Shown: positions 1 to 11,459, numbered from the stretch's first letter. The stretch: 64,000 nucleotides of DNA from Blepharisma stoltei ATCC 30299 (GCA_965603825.1 CBFDEM010000001.1:372001-436000); one strand, 5' to 3'. Numbers and translations are program-made. Notes: generated by a model from the sequence alone, not told the origin.

Positions 1-1718
1 TAAGAATATCTTGTTCATCAACTATAAGAACTAGGCTTGATTTATTTAAGTCCTCAATATTTTCTTGTCCTTTATTGTTTAACTCTTTCGCTCTTTGAGC
101 TTCTTGAAACTCTAAGAATTCATCAACACTGTCAAGCAGATATGTTTCTTTTCGACCTACTTCAAAAGAAATATCTGGAACTTTTATGTCTGCTTCTAAG
201 GTGTTTTTTCTTGATTTTATGACGATAGAATTTTCGTGCCTTTGACGGGATCTCGCAACTTTTTCTTGAAACTTGGATTCTTCTTTTATTATCGGGCTGG
301 AATCTTTCATAATTGATAATCGCGTTCTTCTTCTTTCTTGGTTTTTAATACTAATCTCAGCAAATTCATTAATATCATTAATCTCATCTTTATTGTTAAC
401 AGCTAGTTTTTCTGAGTTTATGATCATAGAAGATAGTCTTTCTAAGCTGTTTTGAAGTTGGAGTTTTTCTTTAATTAAGCTTTCAACCCCTGAATGCTCT
501 TTTCTCACAGGACTGTGCTCTCTTAGAGGTGATTCTTCTTCAGCATCATTTATGATTGGAATTAATGATATTTTTGTTTCTATTTCACATAGCTTTAGAG
601 ATAATTCTCTAATATCTTTATAAATTTCAAGAATTAAAGAGTCTCCTTCTGCAAAATTATTCTTTGATAAAACCTGGCTTATTTTTTTTGCTCTCTGAGC
701 AAATTTGAGAGTAGATAAGCTTTCGTCATAATTTTGTGAGCATGGTGATATATTACAAATTAATAAAATTTTTGCACTTCCTTCTAGAGATGATTTTAAA
801 AGCCTTGTTAATTTACTGTCTCTAAAAGGAATATGCACAGTGTTTGCTTTATCACTTAGTCTCATTATAACTGTCCCTAGAGTAATTAAGCTCTATATAT
901 ATCTCACTTTATTGATATGCTTCATTTCTCTATTTTTGCTTGCAAGTGTGGATTGGATATTCATGCCGCTTCCTTCGCTTCCTGCTAAATCTATTAAATT
1001 TAGCGTAGAAATCGCGAATATTTCAGATTCAGAGCTTCTTAGCTTTGATTCTATTATGATACTGAATCTGTGATAATGCTTACATGCAATGCGAACTAGA
1101 GCCATTTGGGTTTATTTTTGTCCCTGAAAACTGCTTATGAGCTTCTCCTAAAGCAAGCAAAGAATGTATTTGGGCTACAGAGTGGCAGACTTCTTCAGTT
1201 GCATTGGCTATTTTGATACCATTCTGAATGAATTTTACCTTTTTGTCTTCTTTTATTTGGAGATTTAGACCTTTGGGGTTCAATAAATCATTTATGCTTT
1301 CATTATAAATTTCGACATAAGAACAGCGAATTATGAACTCTTTTGTAGTCGCATATTGCATATATGCAAAAATTGTATCAATGCTTAAAAAAGCTAGCCC
1401 TGGGTCTTTGCGATTGCCTTGCATAGTAAATGTTTTCCCACTTCCTGTTTCTCCATAGCAAAGCAAGCAATTATTGTAGCCTTCCATTGCCCTTCATATC
1501 ATGATTTCACAAAGGTCTTCAAAAATAAGGTTATTGCTTGTAGTTTCATCGTAAACCTTGTCAAAAATATACAGCCGATTACCATTGCTTTCTTTTATGG
1601 TTGTTGGACCTGCGACATCTCATGAAATTGTGGAGTCTGAAGAAAGCTCAAGCTGGCTGATAGGCCTTATTCTTACAGCAACTGTAATGCTTTCTTCCTT
1701 TTGATTTATATTTTCCAT
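1..1718 (-). CDS. Kinesin motor protein (kinesin-7/CENP-E-like), 3'-partial; introns at 1224-1238, 1068-1083 and 893-907; TGA=Trp
   Basis: Motifs VAVRIRP, FDKVY, YGETGSGKTFTM, SYVEIYNESINDLL, LIDLAGSE, INK|SLITLG, HIPFRDSKLTRLL and STLKFAQRAK become one frame after removing three tiny introns. The frame stays open to base 1. Confidence 0.92.
893..907 (-). other. 15-nt intron (GTGAGATATATATAG)
   Basis: Removal restores the kinesin INKSL motif. A at position 10; retention gives an in-frame TAG. Confidence 0.9.
1068..1083 (-). other. 16-nt intron (GTAAGCATTATCACAG)
   Basis: Removal fixes the frameshift between SHC and IFSIIIES. Confidence 0.88.
1224..1238 (-). other. 15-nt stop-free intron (GTAAAATTCATTCAG)
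   Basis: Matches the intron consensus. Removal deletes VKFIQ to give IKEDKK|NGIKI, like the kinesin consensus. Confidence 0.75.
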
Positions 1719-2118
1719 TTGGGTGTTTATTTTAAAATTTAATTCTCAGTATGGAAAATTTAAACTATCCATAAAGATTGAGCTCATTTAAAAAGCCTCA
1801 TTTCAAAATGATTATACTTACTATCTTTTTGATTGGATAAGCTGCTAAGCATATTTGTTTATATAGCATTTAATGAATTAATTAGTTGATTTAACGCACT
1901 ATTATAGCATAATATATAGCAGGTAAGACAGATACACCAATTTAAAATAACTTTAAAACAAAATTTCTAATTTTTTCATCAGACTAATAAAGAAATCATG
2001 AATTTGATATGAATGTAATAGATAAAAGGTAATAGATATAATAGCAAAATTGACTTAAGAAGAACTTATAAGCCTTTTTTAAAATTTTATTTAAAATTTG
2101 TAAATATATAAAAACAAT

Positions 2119-2817
2119 ATGAACCTACAAACTTTTGAATATTTTCCAGCTTCATACTCTCCAACCTCCTCTTATCTAACAAAATCTTCTAAGTGCAGAT
2201 CTTTTATAAATAGATTTTACTTCTCAAAAGCAGCCAGAATTTTTTTTGCAATCCAAATTCTCCTGTGCCTTTTCAGTATGATATGAGTTTTAGCTCACAT
2301 AGGCTCATTTCCCGGTAATTTCTAATCAGAGGAAATATGATTTATAACCCTTGAAGTCATAATTGGCAGCACAATAATCTCAGAGGTAATGATAAGAATG
2401 TACTTATTAGGATTCAAAAAATTTTTTATAGGCTGCAATAATATATGTGATATAACTCTATCATTGATTTGTGTAACAGAAATCATCATAGCTTTTACAT
2501 CAAGATCCTTATTAGACGATATAGAAGGAGCTATCGGGATCATGATCTTGATATTAAGAAACATTGTGATAATATGAAGAGTTTTCATGGTAATTAATAG
2601 GCAAAGAAGGACGCGCATTAATAGCGTACATTTAGAAGTTATCGGAGTCGGTGATGATGAAGAAAGATATGACAAAATGCATGAAAATTTAATTTTAAAC
2701 AAAGAGTCTATACAGTATATATATAGACCAAAGCTGGAATCTCTAAAAGAAGAAGACGAAGCTAATGAAAGCAGTGTAAAAACAGGCTCAATTTGGGAAG
2801 GAAGATTTGGAAAATAA
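2119..2817 (+). CDS. Four-TM membrane protein, voltage-sensor/Ion_trans-like; intron 2315-2329; TGA=Trp
   Basis: ATG at 2119; one frame after removing GTAATTTCTAATCAG; four hydrophobic segments, the last with Arg residues (LILRNIVIIWRV); ends in TAA. Confidence 0.7.
2315..2329 (+). other. 15-nt intron
   Basis: GTAATTTCTAATCAG, A at position 10, removes an in-frame TAA. Confidence 0.85.
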
Positions 2818-2870
2818 ATGAATTATGTTTATTATAAAATGTATATATATAATAATCATATTTTCCTTAG

Positions 2871-3548
2871 ATGGAGAGTACGGTGATCACTATGCTGCAA
2901 CGAAGAGTAGATAAAGCCATCATCGACGTTATCTTCGAAATGCAGCATGCTGCTTATTATCTATTTGATGAAGGAGAAAAAAATTGGAAAAAAGGTGATA
3001 TCGAAGGCCCATTGCTTCTCGTTAAGCGTAGTCAAGAGCCATACTTCTACGTAACGATCTTAAATAAGCAAACCCTGTCGAATTTCCATCAACCGATCTC
3101 TATGGACGCACAGTTTGACAAAAAAATGCCACAATTGCTGTACATCAAAGATAGAAATAAAGGAGTTTACGGTATTTGGTCGCCTTCAGCAGATCAGCTT
3201 GACAGTCTTTTAATTAAGCTTGGAGAAATACAGCATATTGATTCACAGTCAAGGATGCTAAAAAGCTTGCTTGATATTGGAGGAGAAAGTAATCTTATGG
3301 TAAATTCAAGATCACCTGATTCCATTTCAGAGCCAAAACAGCAAGAATATAGGGAAACTACTGTTATCAAAGCCCCAGAAGAAAATGTGATGAAGCCTGA
3401 GTTTTTCCAAAAAGGTATACAATTTGAAGATGAAGAAGTTTCAAATTCAAGAAAGGAGAGATTAAGGGAAGCTATAATTGCTTTGGCAAATTCTGACGAA
3501 TTTTTAGATTTGGTTATGCAAGCGCTAAGATCCAAAGGATTTAACTAA
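2871..3548 (+). CDS. DCP1: mRNA decapping activator Dcp1 (EVH1 domain)
   Basis: LQRRVD, HAAYYLFD, WKKGDIEGPLLLVKR, ILNK, GVYGIW, plus a C-terminal helical motif. Confidence 0.85.
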   Translation: MESTVITMLQRRVDKAIIDVIFEMQHAAYYLFDEGEKNWKKGDIEGPLLLVKRSQEPYFYVTILNKQTLSNFHQPISMDAQFDKKMPQLLYIKDRNKGVYGIWSPSADQLDSLLIKLGEIQHIDSQSRMLKSLLDIGGESNLMVNSRSPDSISEPKQQEYRETTVIKAPEENVMKPEFFQKGIQFEDEEVSNSRKERLREAIIALANSDEFLDLVMQALRSKGFN

Positions 3549-3681
3549 AGACTTGAAGGAGTTAGCATTATTAAATAGTTCTGTTTTGAGAGGATAAATA
3601 ATGGATTTATAGCATAAGAGACTAGTTTGGCATGATTTATAAGTTATTTGGAATTACTGTGAGAAAAGAACTAAAATTAGG

Positions 3682-3694
3682 AAAAATAAAAAAA
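3682..3694 (-). terminator. Pol III oligo-T terminator of the tRNA-Ser gene
   Basis: TTTTTTTATTTTT immediately 3' of the tRNA. Confidence 0.75.
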
Positions 3695-3775
3695 CGACAT
3701 CAGCAGGATTCGAACCTGCGCGGGAAATCCCAATAGATTTCTAGTCTATCGCCTTAACCACTCGGCCATGATGTC
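3695..3775 (-). tRNA. tRNA-Ser (anticodon AGA)
   Basis: Acceptor stem GACATCA/TGATGTC, D arm TGGCCGAGTGGTTAAGGC, anticodon arm ATAGA-CTAGAAA-TCTAT, long variable arm, T arm GGTTCGAATCC, G discriminator. Confidence 0.96.
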
Positions 3776-4339
3776 AGCTGAATTACCCTGAATCGTTTAT
3801 GTATTTATACCAAATCTCTCTTTGAGTTTTCTTTTTGTAAAACTTATTTTAAAAATATAAATATAAGATTAAGGCTAAGTCTTTATGCAAATATATTTAA
3901 GCATGCTATTTATTAATAAATAAAATAAATGCTCTGCTGCATATAGCACCAACTATCGAGTATCTTACATTCATGATTTTTAAATTCTATTAATTTTCTT
4001 GAAAAATCATTCGTATAAGCAATACAAACAGAAGAAAGGATAGCTTGAAGATTAATAAAAAAATAGAGAAGAAATTCATGAAATCGAAACAGGAAGTGCT
4101 GATAAAGCTAACAATGTTTCGATAATAACCACACATTTAGTCGATGAAGTGATTTGTGTTAACAGGAAAAAGCCTTAATCAAGAGAAAAGCAGCTTTCAC
4201 GCTACCATAGGCTAAACTAGAGGCAAATTTAGCGCTATAGGTAGGTTGATAAGATATGGGGTCATAAGCATCCTTTTACTGTACTTCCAGAAATTGATTT
4301 CTATCTTTAATAAGCATAATAAATTCTAATAATTTTCAT

Positions 4340-5284
4340 ATGAGGAAAAGTTACTTGTGGGTGCTTTTGTACTTTGGAGCTTGGAGCTTGACCACATCTG
4401 AAATAACAACTGAGCTAGAAAAGCTAAAAAATATAAAGCAAGTGGTAGAAGTGGTGATTTTTAATTTGGATTCTTATAAGATCTCTTGGGAGTATGAAAA
4501 GCCAGAGGATAATTCAGAAAAAATAGGACAGCTAGCATTGGAATATCATTTTGTCAACGAAACAAACTTTAATGAGCAATACTGGGAATTTTGAAAAAAG
4601 TTCAGCAGGAATGAAATTCCGATCGAAGAATTTGCAAACAAATTTCCTTGGGTCACCACAAACTACAACGTATTTTTATTACTAAACTCATCAAATTATC
4701 TTGAACCGCACAATTATTTTGATTATTCAGATCAAATTTGCCAGGTAACTTTTTTCAATTATTCTATTTTTGGAGACAGCATCATAATTCAAGCACATCC
4801 ATTGATGAAAATCCATCCATCAAGCATTCATTATCTTTTTTCTACTAAGTAAAAGTTAATCAGACTTTTTCCAAACTTACCTGTTCAGAAAAATGTACAA
4901 GATTATACCTTAACTATCGATAAAATTGCAGCTAATCTCCAACAAATAAATGTTTGCGTAATTTAGACTATAGAAGAAGATATCAGCGCAATCTTCTACG
5001 AAGAATATAAAGACTTCAAAGACGTTTGGCAGCATATTTATGAAAAACTATCAGCTTATAAAGCAAGCATAGAGAAGAAAAGACTGAATAGAATTCCAAA
5101 AATCATGAGTTATTTAGAAAAATACTCAGGGCTAAGCAGGGTTGCAAACAAAGTTAAGATAGAAGAGCAAGAAAGCTACTTTTGGCAACTAGCTTGCTTA
5201 TTTATAGTTTTATTAGCTGATATCTCTGCAGTTTTTGGGATTATGGGCTACTTCAAACACAAAGAAAGCTCTTCAAATATTTAA
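4340..5284 (+). CDS. Hypothetical type I membrane protein (signal peptide, C-terminal TM); intron 4849-4863
   Basis: One frame through TGA 4592-4594 and GTAAAAGTTAATCAG to TAA 5282-5284; hydrophobic N- and C-terminal segments. Confidence 0.75.
4849..4863 (+). other. 15-nt intron
   Basis: GTAAAAGTTAATCAG, A at position 10, removes an in-frame TAA. Confidence 0.85.
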
Positions 5285-5424
5285 CAAAAACGTTGGCTTT
5301 AAATTTTTCTATAATATCATATAAAAAATGGTTGCTGAAGTTATTGGTGATTATTTCTTATAGAAGAGCTTTACTAAAAATTATTCTTATTTAATGCAAG
5401 CATTTCTAATAAACTTTGATTACT

Positions 5425-6663
5425 TTATTCGAATTTAGGTTTAAAAATGGAATTTCTTCCATACCACACACCCTTTGGCAATAGTGTGAAATAAACTCTT
5501 GGCAAGAAAGTCTTTACCAAATAATACGCAAGCGAGCTTGGAGTATTCTGATTTCCAAATGTTTCATCAGGCTGACCTTGGTATTTGAATTCACAAAGCA
5601 TCAACTTATTATCACCTAAGAAAATAGGACAAGAAGTGTATCCTTCATACTTTGCATTTGGCTCAGCACCATCTAGAACTTTGCCAAGGTTGTGAACCAG
5701 AACTGGAGCTTCTCCGATAGCTGCAGCTGCAGTTTTAGAAGTCGGGCAACTTGTACAATCACCTATTGCCCAAATATTTCCATACTTATTGTGTCTTAGT
5801 GTATTAGGATTGACATCTACATAGCCAGCTTCGTTTGAAATAGGAGAACCTTGCAGCACTTTTGGTGCGCCCTGAGGTGGTGCAGTATGAAGAAAATCGT
5901 ATTTTACTATCATTTCTTCGGTCCCTTTCTTAAAAGTAGCTTCATTTCTGGTAGGGTCTACCTTAGTTAGTAAATGTTGGTAATGCACATTGCAACCTTT
6001 TTCTTTTGCAATTTTTTCTAGTTCTTGAGCATAGGTCTGGACACCAAAAATTTGAGCTGGGGGAATATAAAAATGTATATCAGTTTTATCTCTGACACCA
6101 GTTTTGTTCCAAACTGAATTAGCTAAATACATAATCTTTTGTGGAGCTCCTCCACATTTGAATGGCTGATTAGGCTGAGTGAAGATAGCTTGACCTCCTT
6201 TAAATTTGTTGACAAGTCTGTTTGTTTTTAAGCAGTACTTATATTGGTATATTGTGCCCACTGGGGAGTTTTCATCTTCTAAAGCTTCATAAAGTCCTGG
6301 GATTTTATTATAATCTATTGAGAGGCCTATACCAACAACTAAATGTTCGTAGGATATTTCACTCCCATCAACCCCTATTTTATTTGAGTTAGGGAAAAAT
6401 CCAGTCACAGGTTTGGAGATAAAGTTAACATCTGGGTGGAATAAAGATCTTGTTTCTCTAGCTACATATTTCATCTGATGAGATAGTCGGTCAACGTCTC
6501 CCATAAGTCCTCCAGCTAGCATTGTGAAACCTGGCTGGTAGTAGTGATAAGGAGCTGGATCAAATACAGCTATTTCAGAAGGTTTTACTTTACCACTTCT
6601 GATTAGTTGTCCGCAGAAAGTCATGGAGCCTGTTCCTGCTCCTGCAATTACTACACGATACAT
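5425..6663 (-). CDS. SQOR: Sulfide:quinone oxidoreductase
   Basis: HYYQPGFT, KCGGAPQKIMYL, WAIGDC, SKTAAA, YEGYTSCP. Confidence 0.92.
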   Translation of the reverse strand: MYRVVIAGAGTGSMTFCGQLIRSGKVKPSEIAVFDPAPYHYYQPGFTMLAGGLMGDVDRLSHQMKYVARETRSLFHPDVNFISKPVTGFFPNSNKIGVDGSEISYEHLVVGIGLSIDYNKIPGLYEALEDENSPVGTIYQYKYCLKTNRLVNKFKGGQAIFTQPNQPFKCGGAPQKIMYLANSVWNKTGVRDKTDIHFYIPPAQIFGVQTYAQELEKIAKEKGCNVHYQHLLTKVDPTRNEATFKKGTEEMIVKYDFLHTAPPQGAPKVLQGSPISNEAGYVDVNPNTLRHNKYGNIWAIGDCTSCPTSKTAAAAIGEAPVLVHNLGKVLDGAEPNAKYEGYTSCPIFLGDNKLMLCEFKYQGQPDETFGNQNTPSSLAYYLVKTFLPRVYFTLLPKGVWYGRNSIFKPKFE

Positions 6664-7295
6664 TTTATAAATAATATTAGGCCATATAGTTGTTAAATTT
6701 ATGCCAAAAAATGTCGTTCAAGTAAAATGCTGGATATTTCGGATAATAAAAAATAGATCAAATTATCTGATTTTTATTTAACTGAAGGTTCACAAAGTTA
6801 CATATAAGATTTATATATAAAATGCATTCATTCCAGAATCCTAAATATTTTCCAAGAAAATTCTTTTAGTGATTTAAATTCATGAAAGAAGCTTGAATAT
6901 TTAATTTTAAATCCCTTTAATAAGAAAAAGTACTTAAAATCAACAGTCCATATGCTTAAAATTAGTCCACCATTTTTAAGTTCAGCACTTCTTAAATTTT
7001 CAGCACAATCTCAAATGATCTAAAAGATTTATTTATCAACCCAAATTACAATATTTACCCAATTTTTATGAATTTTTTAAACTAATAGAGATACAGCAAA
7101 GCATCAAATAAAATTAAATTTTTTAATTAATTTCTACAACGATTTAATCTTTTTTCTTTATCTTTTATCCTAAATAATTAAAAATCAAACCAAAAATTTC
7201 AAGAAATACACAGCAATTTTAAGAGTAATTTTAAGAGTAATTTAAAATACTATTCATTTTTGATATAATAATTAACCTACCAACACATTTAAGCT

Positions 7296-8603
7296 ATGGA
7301 TTTTTTATCAAAATTGTTTAGACGACCGTCAAGCTGCCATAGCTGTGGCCAGCCTTTAGCTCATAGAGACAATTCAGGAAGGTGCAATAAGTGTAGTAAC
7401 TTTTAGCCAGAAAATTATTTTTGCTCACAATGTTTATTGAGTATTAAGCATAAACAAGTGTTTTTTACCTCTATTGTGAGAATCTGCAATCCATGCTCGC
7501 ATGACGAAATCCACAGTAGTGATCAAGATTCACCTAACACTTCCAAGTCAAAAGAACTTAAGCACGCTAAGGCTGAAGATGAGAGAGAAATCAAATTTAT
7601 GTCTCCAAACAAGAAAGAAATGCAGCTGCGAGGGAAATCTGTAGAAGATGAAGAAATTCCGGCTATTTTTGACATTTCTTCATCAAAACAGGTAAGTTCC
7701 AATTAGTTTCTTCAAGAAGTTAAAAATAGGGTGAAGCCTATCAAACAAGATCCTCTAGAAATTTATGAAATAAAATCAAGGCTAGGAGAAGGTGCATCAG
7801 GAATTGTATACTTATGTGTTAATAAGGGCACTGAAAAAGACGTAGTCCTTAAAAGATACAAACTTGATAATCCAGAGGATAAAGATAGAGTTCTCCAAGA
7901 GATTTTCATGATGATTGCAGCTGACCACCCAAATATAGTAAAATTTATAGAATGCTATGAAGATAATGGGTAATTTATATACAGAGAAATATGAGCTGTA
8001 TTAGAAGCTATGAAATGTAACTTGACAAACCTCATTAAAGACAAATGGGGAATGATGACTGAAAGGCAGATGGCATATATTTGTAAGGAAATTTTATTAG
8101 CTTTGAGGTGGCTGCATAAGCAAAATAGGATTCATAGAGATATAAAATCCGACAATATATTACTCTCTATTAACGGAGAGATAAAGTTAAGCGATTTTGG
8201 GGTGTGCGCACAGATTACAAATGAATCGTATGATATGACAATAGCAGGGACACCGTGCTGAATGGCCCCAGAATTAATTTCAAGCAGCTACTATGACCAA
8301 AAAGTTGATATTTGGTCTCTTGGCATTGTGCTATTTGAACTTGTAGAAGGAAATCCTCCTTACTTCAACCAACCTCAAACAGAAATATTGCAAAGCATCG
8401 CTAACAACCCTCCTCCGAAGCTCACTCATCCAACCAAATGAAGCTCGAGTTTCAAAGATTTCATACGAATCTGCTTACAAAAAAACCCTGGTGAGAGAGC
8501 ATCAGCGGACACTTTGTTAAGACACCCTTTCTTGGAAAGGGTGGGAACATTCGCAAGAGATGATTTCAAGGACTTCATTGATGAATGGCTTAATATGAAT
8601 TAA
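7296..8603 (+). CDS. FYVE-like zinc finger fused to a STE20/PAK-family Ser/Thr kinase; introns 7396-7410, 7692-7706 and 7970-7984
   Basis: CHSC...RCNKC..FCSQC...RICNPC, then GEGASG, HRDIKSDN, DFG, GTPC[TGA=W]MAPE, DIWSLG; ends in TAA 8601-8603. Confidence 0.9.
7396..7410 (+). other. 15-nt intron
   Basis: GTAACTTTTAGCCAG; joins the zinc-finger halves in frame. Confidence 0.87.
7692..7706 (+). other. 15-nt intron
   Basis: GTAAGTTCCAATTAG; removes an in-frame TAG. Confidence 0.9.
7970..7984 (+). other. 15-nt intron
   Basis: GTAATTTATATACAG; restores the kinase segment DNGEIWAVLE. Confidence 0.92.
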
Positions 8604-8681
8604 TCAATATTTCATGTATGATTGATTAAATTTAACTGAATTTATTACTTTTGATAAAATTCTATCATCTTATCAAAGCCT

Positions 8682-9554
8682 CTAATTAGAAAAAAGCTTC
8701 AAAAACTTGTTCCAAGTCCCTTTATTTTCGTTTTTCTTTACATCAGGAGGTGAAAACAGCTGTGCTGGGAAGTTCAAAAAGGCACTCTGCATACTTTCTG
8801 GCAGGACTGAAATCCCGCACTGCATTAAGAATGCTGAAAACGGCAGAGATAAATCATCAAAAAAATCAAATTCATTGTGATCCATTTCTTTAGGTAAAAT
8901 AAGGCTGCAAGGTCCTGCGCAATTGTCATGTAGCATCTGAGAGTTTACGTAAGGGATCAGTGTATCTATTTGTCCGTGGATTATAAATGAAGGGCATGTT
9001 ACTTTTGGCATGAGATCAATGTTTCGAAATCTTTCTTTTATTAAATAAGAAGCCAGTGTCCCAGCAATGCTTTTTACAACTGATCTAATTGATGTATAGG
9101 CTGACATAAGTAGCAAAGCCCCTGGATTTCTTTCAGCAGCCAGTCATGTTGCAGGGCCAGAGCCAATGGACCTGCCAAAAACAATGATATCTCTTGGATT
9201 CATACCAATTTCTTGTGTTAAGTACTGGAAAACGTTGTCAGCATCCTTTATAATCTGATTAGCACTGCTTTCTCCTGGGTAAATGCCATATCCAGGGTAT
9301 TCAATAGCCAATACATGGACCATTAAGGTCGATCTTAGATGGTCCATCAGTTCATAGGCCAAACCTACATCTTCTGCATTTCCATGAAAATAAAGCATAA
9401 TTTTACTTGACCCTCTTGGGCAGGCTAAATATAAGCAAGGTATCGCAGGCTTTTTGGACTGTTTAACCCTAGGAATTCATATCATTTCACCTGGAAAGGT
9501 ATCTGCATCATAGAATGGCTCAGGCGCTGGAAAGAGCAAGCCGTTTAGTTCCAT
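8682..9554 (-). CDS. ABHD17-like alpha/beta hydrolase
   Basis: LLFPAP, LYFHGNAED, EYPGYG, GRSIGSGPA, IIHGQID, MDHN; two internal TGA read as Trp. Confidence 0.9.
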
Positions 9555-9605
9555 TTAAAAAAGTTTATGAAATTGCATGATAATATTCAGTTTTAACTAT
9601 TAAAT

Positions 9606-9755
9606 ATGGAAGAAATATTATTCTTAGCATTAGTTATAACTTGTTGCTATATCAGCATAATATTTTATCAACCATTAGGCTATTTATGGCTTGCTGTATT
9701 AATAATATTGATAGAAAAAATCAATGATGGATTTTCAGGAATGATGGCAGCTTAG
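9606..9755 (+). CDS. Candidate 49-aa two-TM microprotein
   Basis: ATG to TAG ORF MEEILFLALVITCCYISIIFYQPLGYLWLAVLIILIEKINDGFSGMMAA, filling most of the gap between two genes. Confidence 0.45.
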   Translation: MEEILFLALVITCCYISIIFYQPLGYLWLAVLIILIEKINDGFSGMMAA

Positions 9756-9823
9756 AACACAGAGGTTAGATTTTTCTAGATTTCAATATTTTACCCTTAA
9801 ATGGGAAAGAATAAGAATTTAGC

Positions 9824-11257
9824 TTAAAGATTAATTTCAAGATCTGCATCTGCTTCTAAATACCCTTGATGAACTGCAAAAAAGTCCTGAGAAATTTTGA
9901 AATACTTGAATTCTGGAAATGTGATATTAAAATCTGAATAATCATTGTTAAATATAGGGAGATAAATATTTATTATTGTTGAAAGAGCTTTTTCAAGATT
10001 ATTGATATCGATTGTTCCAACCTCTGAATTTATTACTTCAATATTTCTTATATCAAAATTTTGAACAGTAATTGATGCCTCATCATTTTTTACCCAGGAT
10101 TGGAAAACTGTAAATAAAGGCAAATTCATAATTAAGGCATCGACTCATTGATTTTTTATATCTTCAACTAGAAAATCTACTTGAACTGTTGCATTAAAAT
10201 TGATATTTTTATCCGTAAAATAGCTTGGGAAAAGTGAAAAATCTTGTTTACTCGAAGAGGTTGCAGGAGCAAATGAAATGTGAACAGATTTTCCTTTACC
10301 ATAGGTTTCTTTAAAATTAGGGATTAAAAATGCTAAGCCATCAGTTGTAAGCTTTATAGGAAAACTCGGAGGAAGTGTATTTAAAGAATAATTTCAAGAA
10401 GGCCAAAAACCAATGATTAATGAGCTTATCAAATAATCTGATAAAAATAGCTGATAAGGAAGCTGGACATCTGATACATCAGGCAATTCGCTTGGGAAAA
10501 ATGGTATAAATGGCTCCCCTGTTGATTCATTAAATACCTTTCCAGTCAAAGCTGTACAAAAATAATTATCCAGAACAGATGTATTTTTGGCTAAATAATA
10601 ATCTATCGAAACTCCATAATTCTCAAAAGAATACTCATATGAAATTTTAGCTAATTCCTCATTTGCTAAAGTTGTATAATTTTGAGCTAGTTCATAAGTT
10701 TGCTTTTCTATTAATGGGATTTCCTCTTCAATAGCTTTTTGTATAAGATTATTCAAGACATTACTTAAATCTGTTTTCAGCTTAACACTCCCTATAGAAA
10801 GTTTAAAGAAATCTAATAATATAGCTGGTATTCCAGGCACACCTTTTTTATAAATTGAGATATCAGTATTTAATGAAGTATCATATACATCAAGTGATCC
10901 TGATCCAGATTTATCAATAAATGAAACTTTGAGATGATATTTGAAAGAAAGCAAAAGATTTATATTTTCAAAAATTGTTTTAATCTGGTTTGGAGTGCCA
11001 AAAGTAATGCCAGATTTATCTAAATCCAATGATAAATCTGCAATTGTTATGTTTGTTAATGCCACAGAACCTTTGAAGCCAGAATAACTAATAGGGATTG
11101 AATAGTTTCCAAGATCATAATTCTTAAAATAGCCTTCACTGAAGTGAACAATTATATCAAAAATTTCTTGGGCTTTATCTTGGCGGAATGCTAAGTTTAG
11201 AGAATTCTGATCAGAATCAGATAGAGCAAAGGCAAGTAAGCAACAGAAAATTATCAT
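9824..11257 (-). CDS. BPI/LBP/CETP (TULIP) family secreted lipid-binding protein
   Basis: Signal peptide; about 477 aa in one frame through TGA 10394; QLFLSDYLISSL, LTTDGLAFLIPNFKETYG, C-terminal HQGYLEA. Confidence 0.75.
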
Positions 11258-11459
11258 TATATTTGAAGCAGTCTTAGGAGCTAAATACGAAATTTTGAAG
11301 AGGTATAATTTTTTTTCAAAATAACAGAATTATAAATGGAAAATTACATTTTTGAATATTTAATAATTATAATAGTATATTGAAATGCAAGCCTTAGATG
11401 ATAAATTTAGTATCAAAAGTCATTATTTTTAAATAAAATCTTCTTAAGTTATATATACA

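Noticed and set aside
3738-3744. CTA in the tRNA anticodon loop suggesting an amber suppressor
   Set aside because: The 7-nt loop is CT-AGA-AA, so the anticodon is AGA (Ser).
4278-4306. Resemblance to the U3 snoRNA 5' end (ACTGTACTT...ATTTCTAT)
   Set aside because: Short AT-rich match that runs into a CDS at 4340, with no B, C or D boxes seen.
7215-7243. 12-nt tandem duplication AATTTTAAGAGT upstream of the kinase
   Set aside because: Only about two units in AT-rich DNA; consistent with simple slippage.
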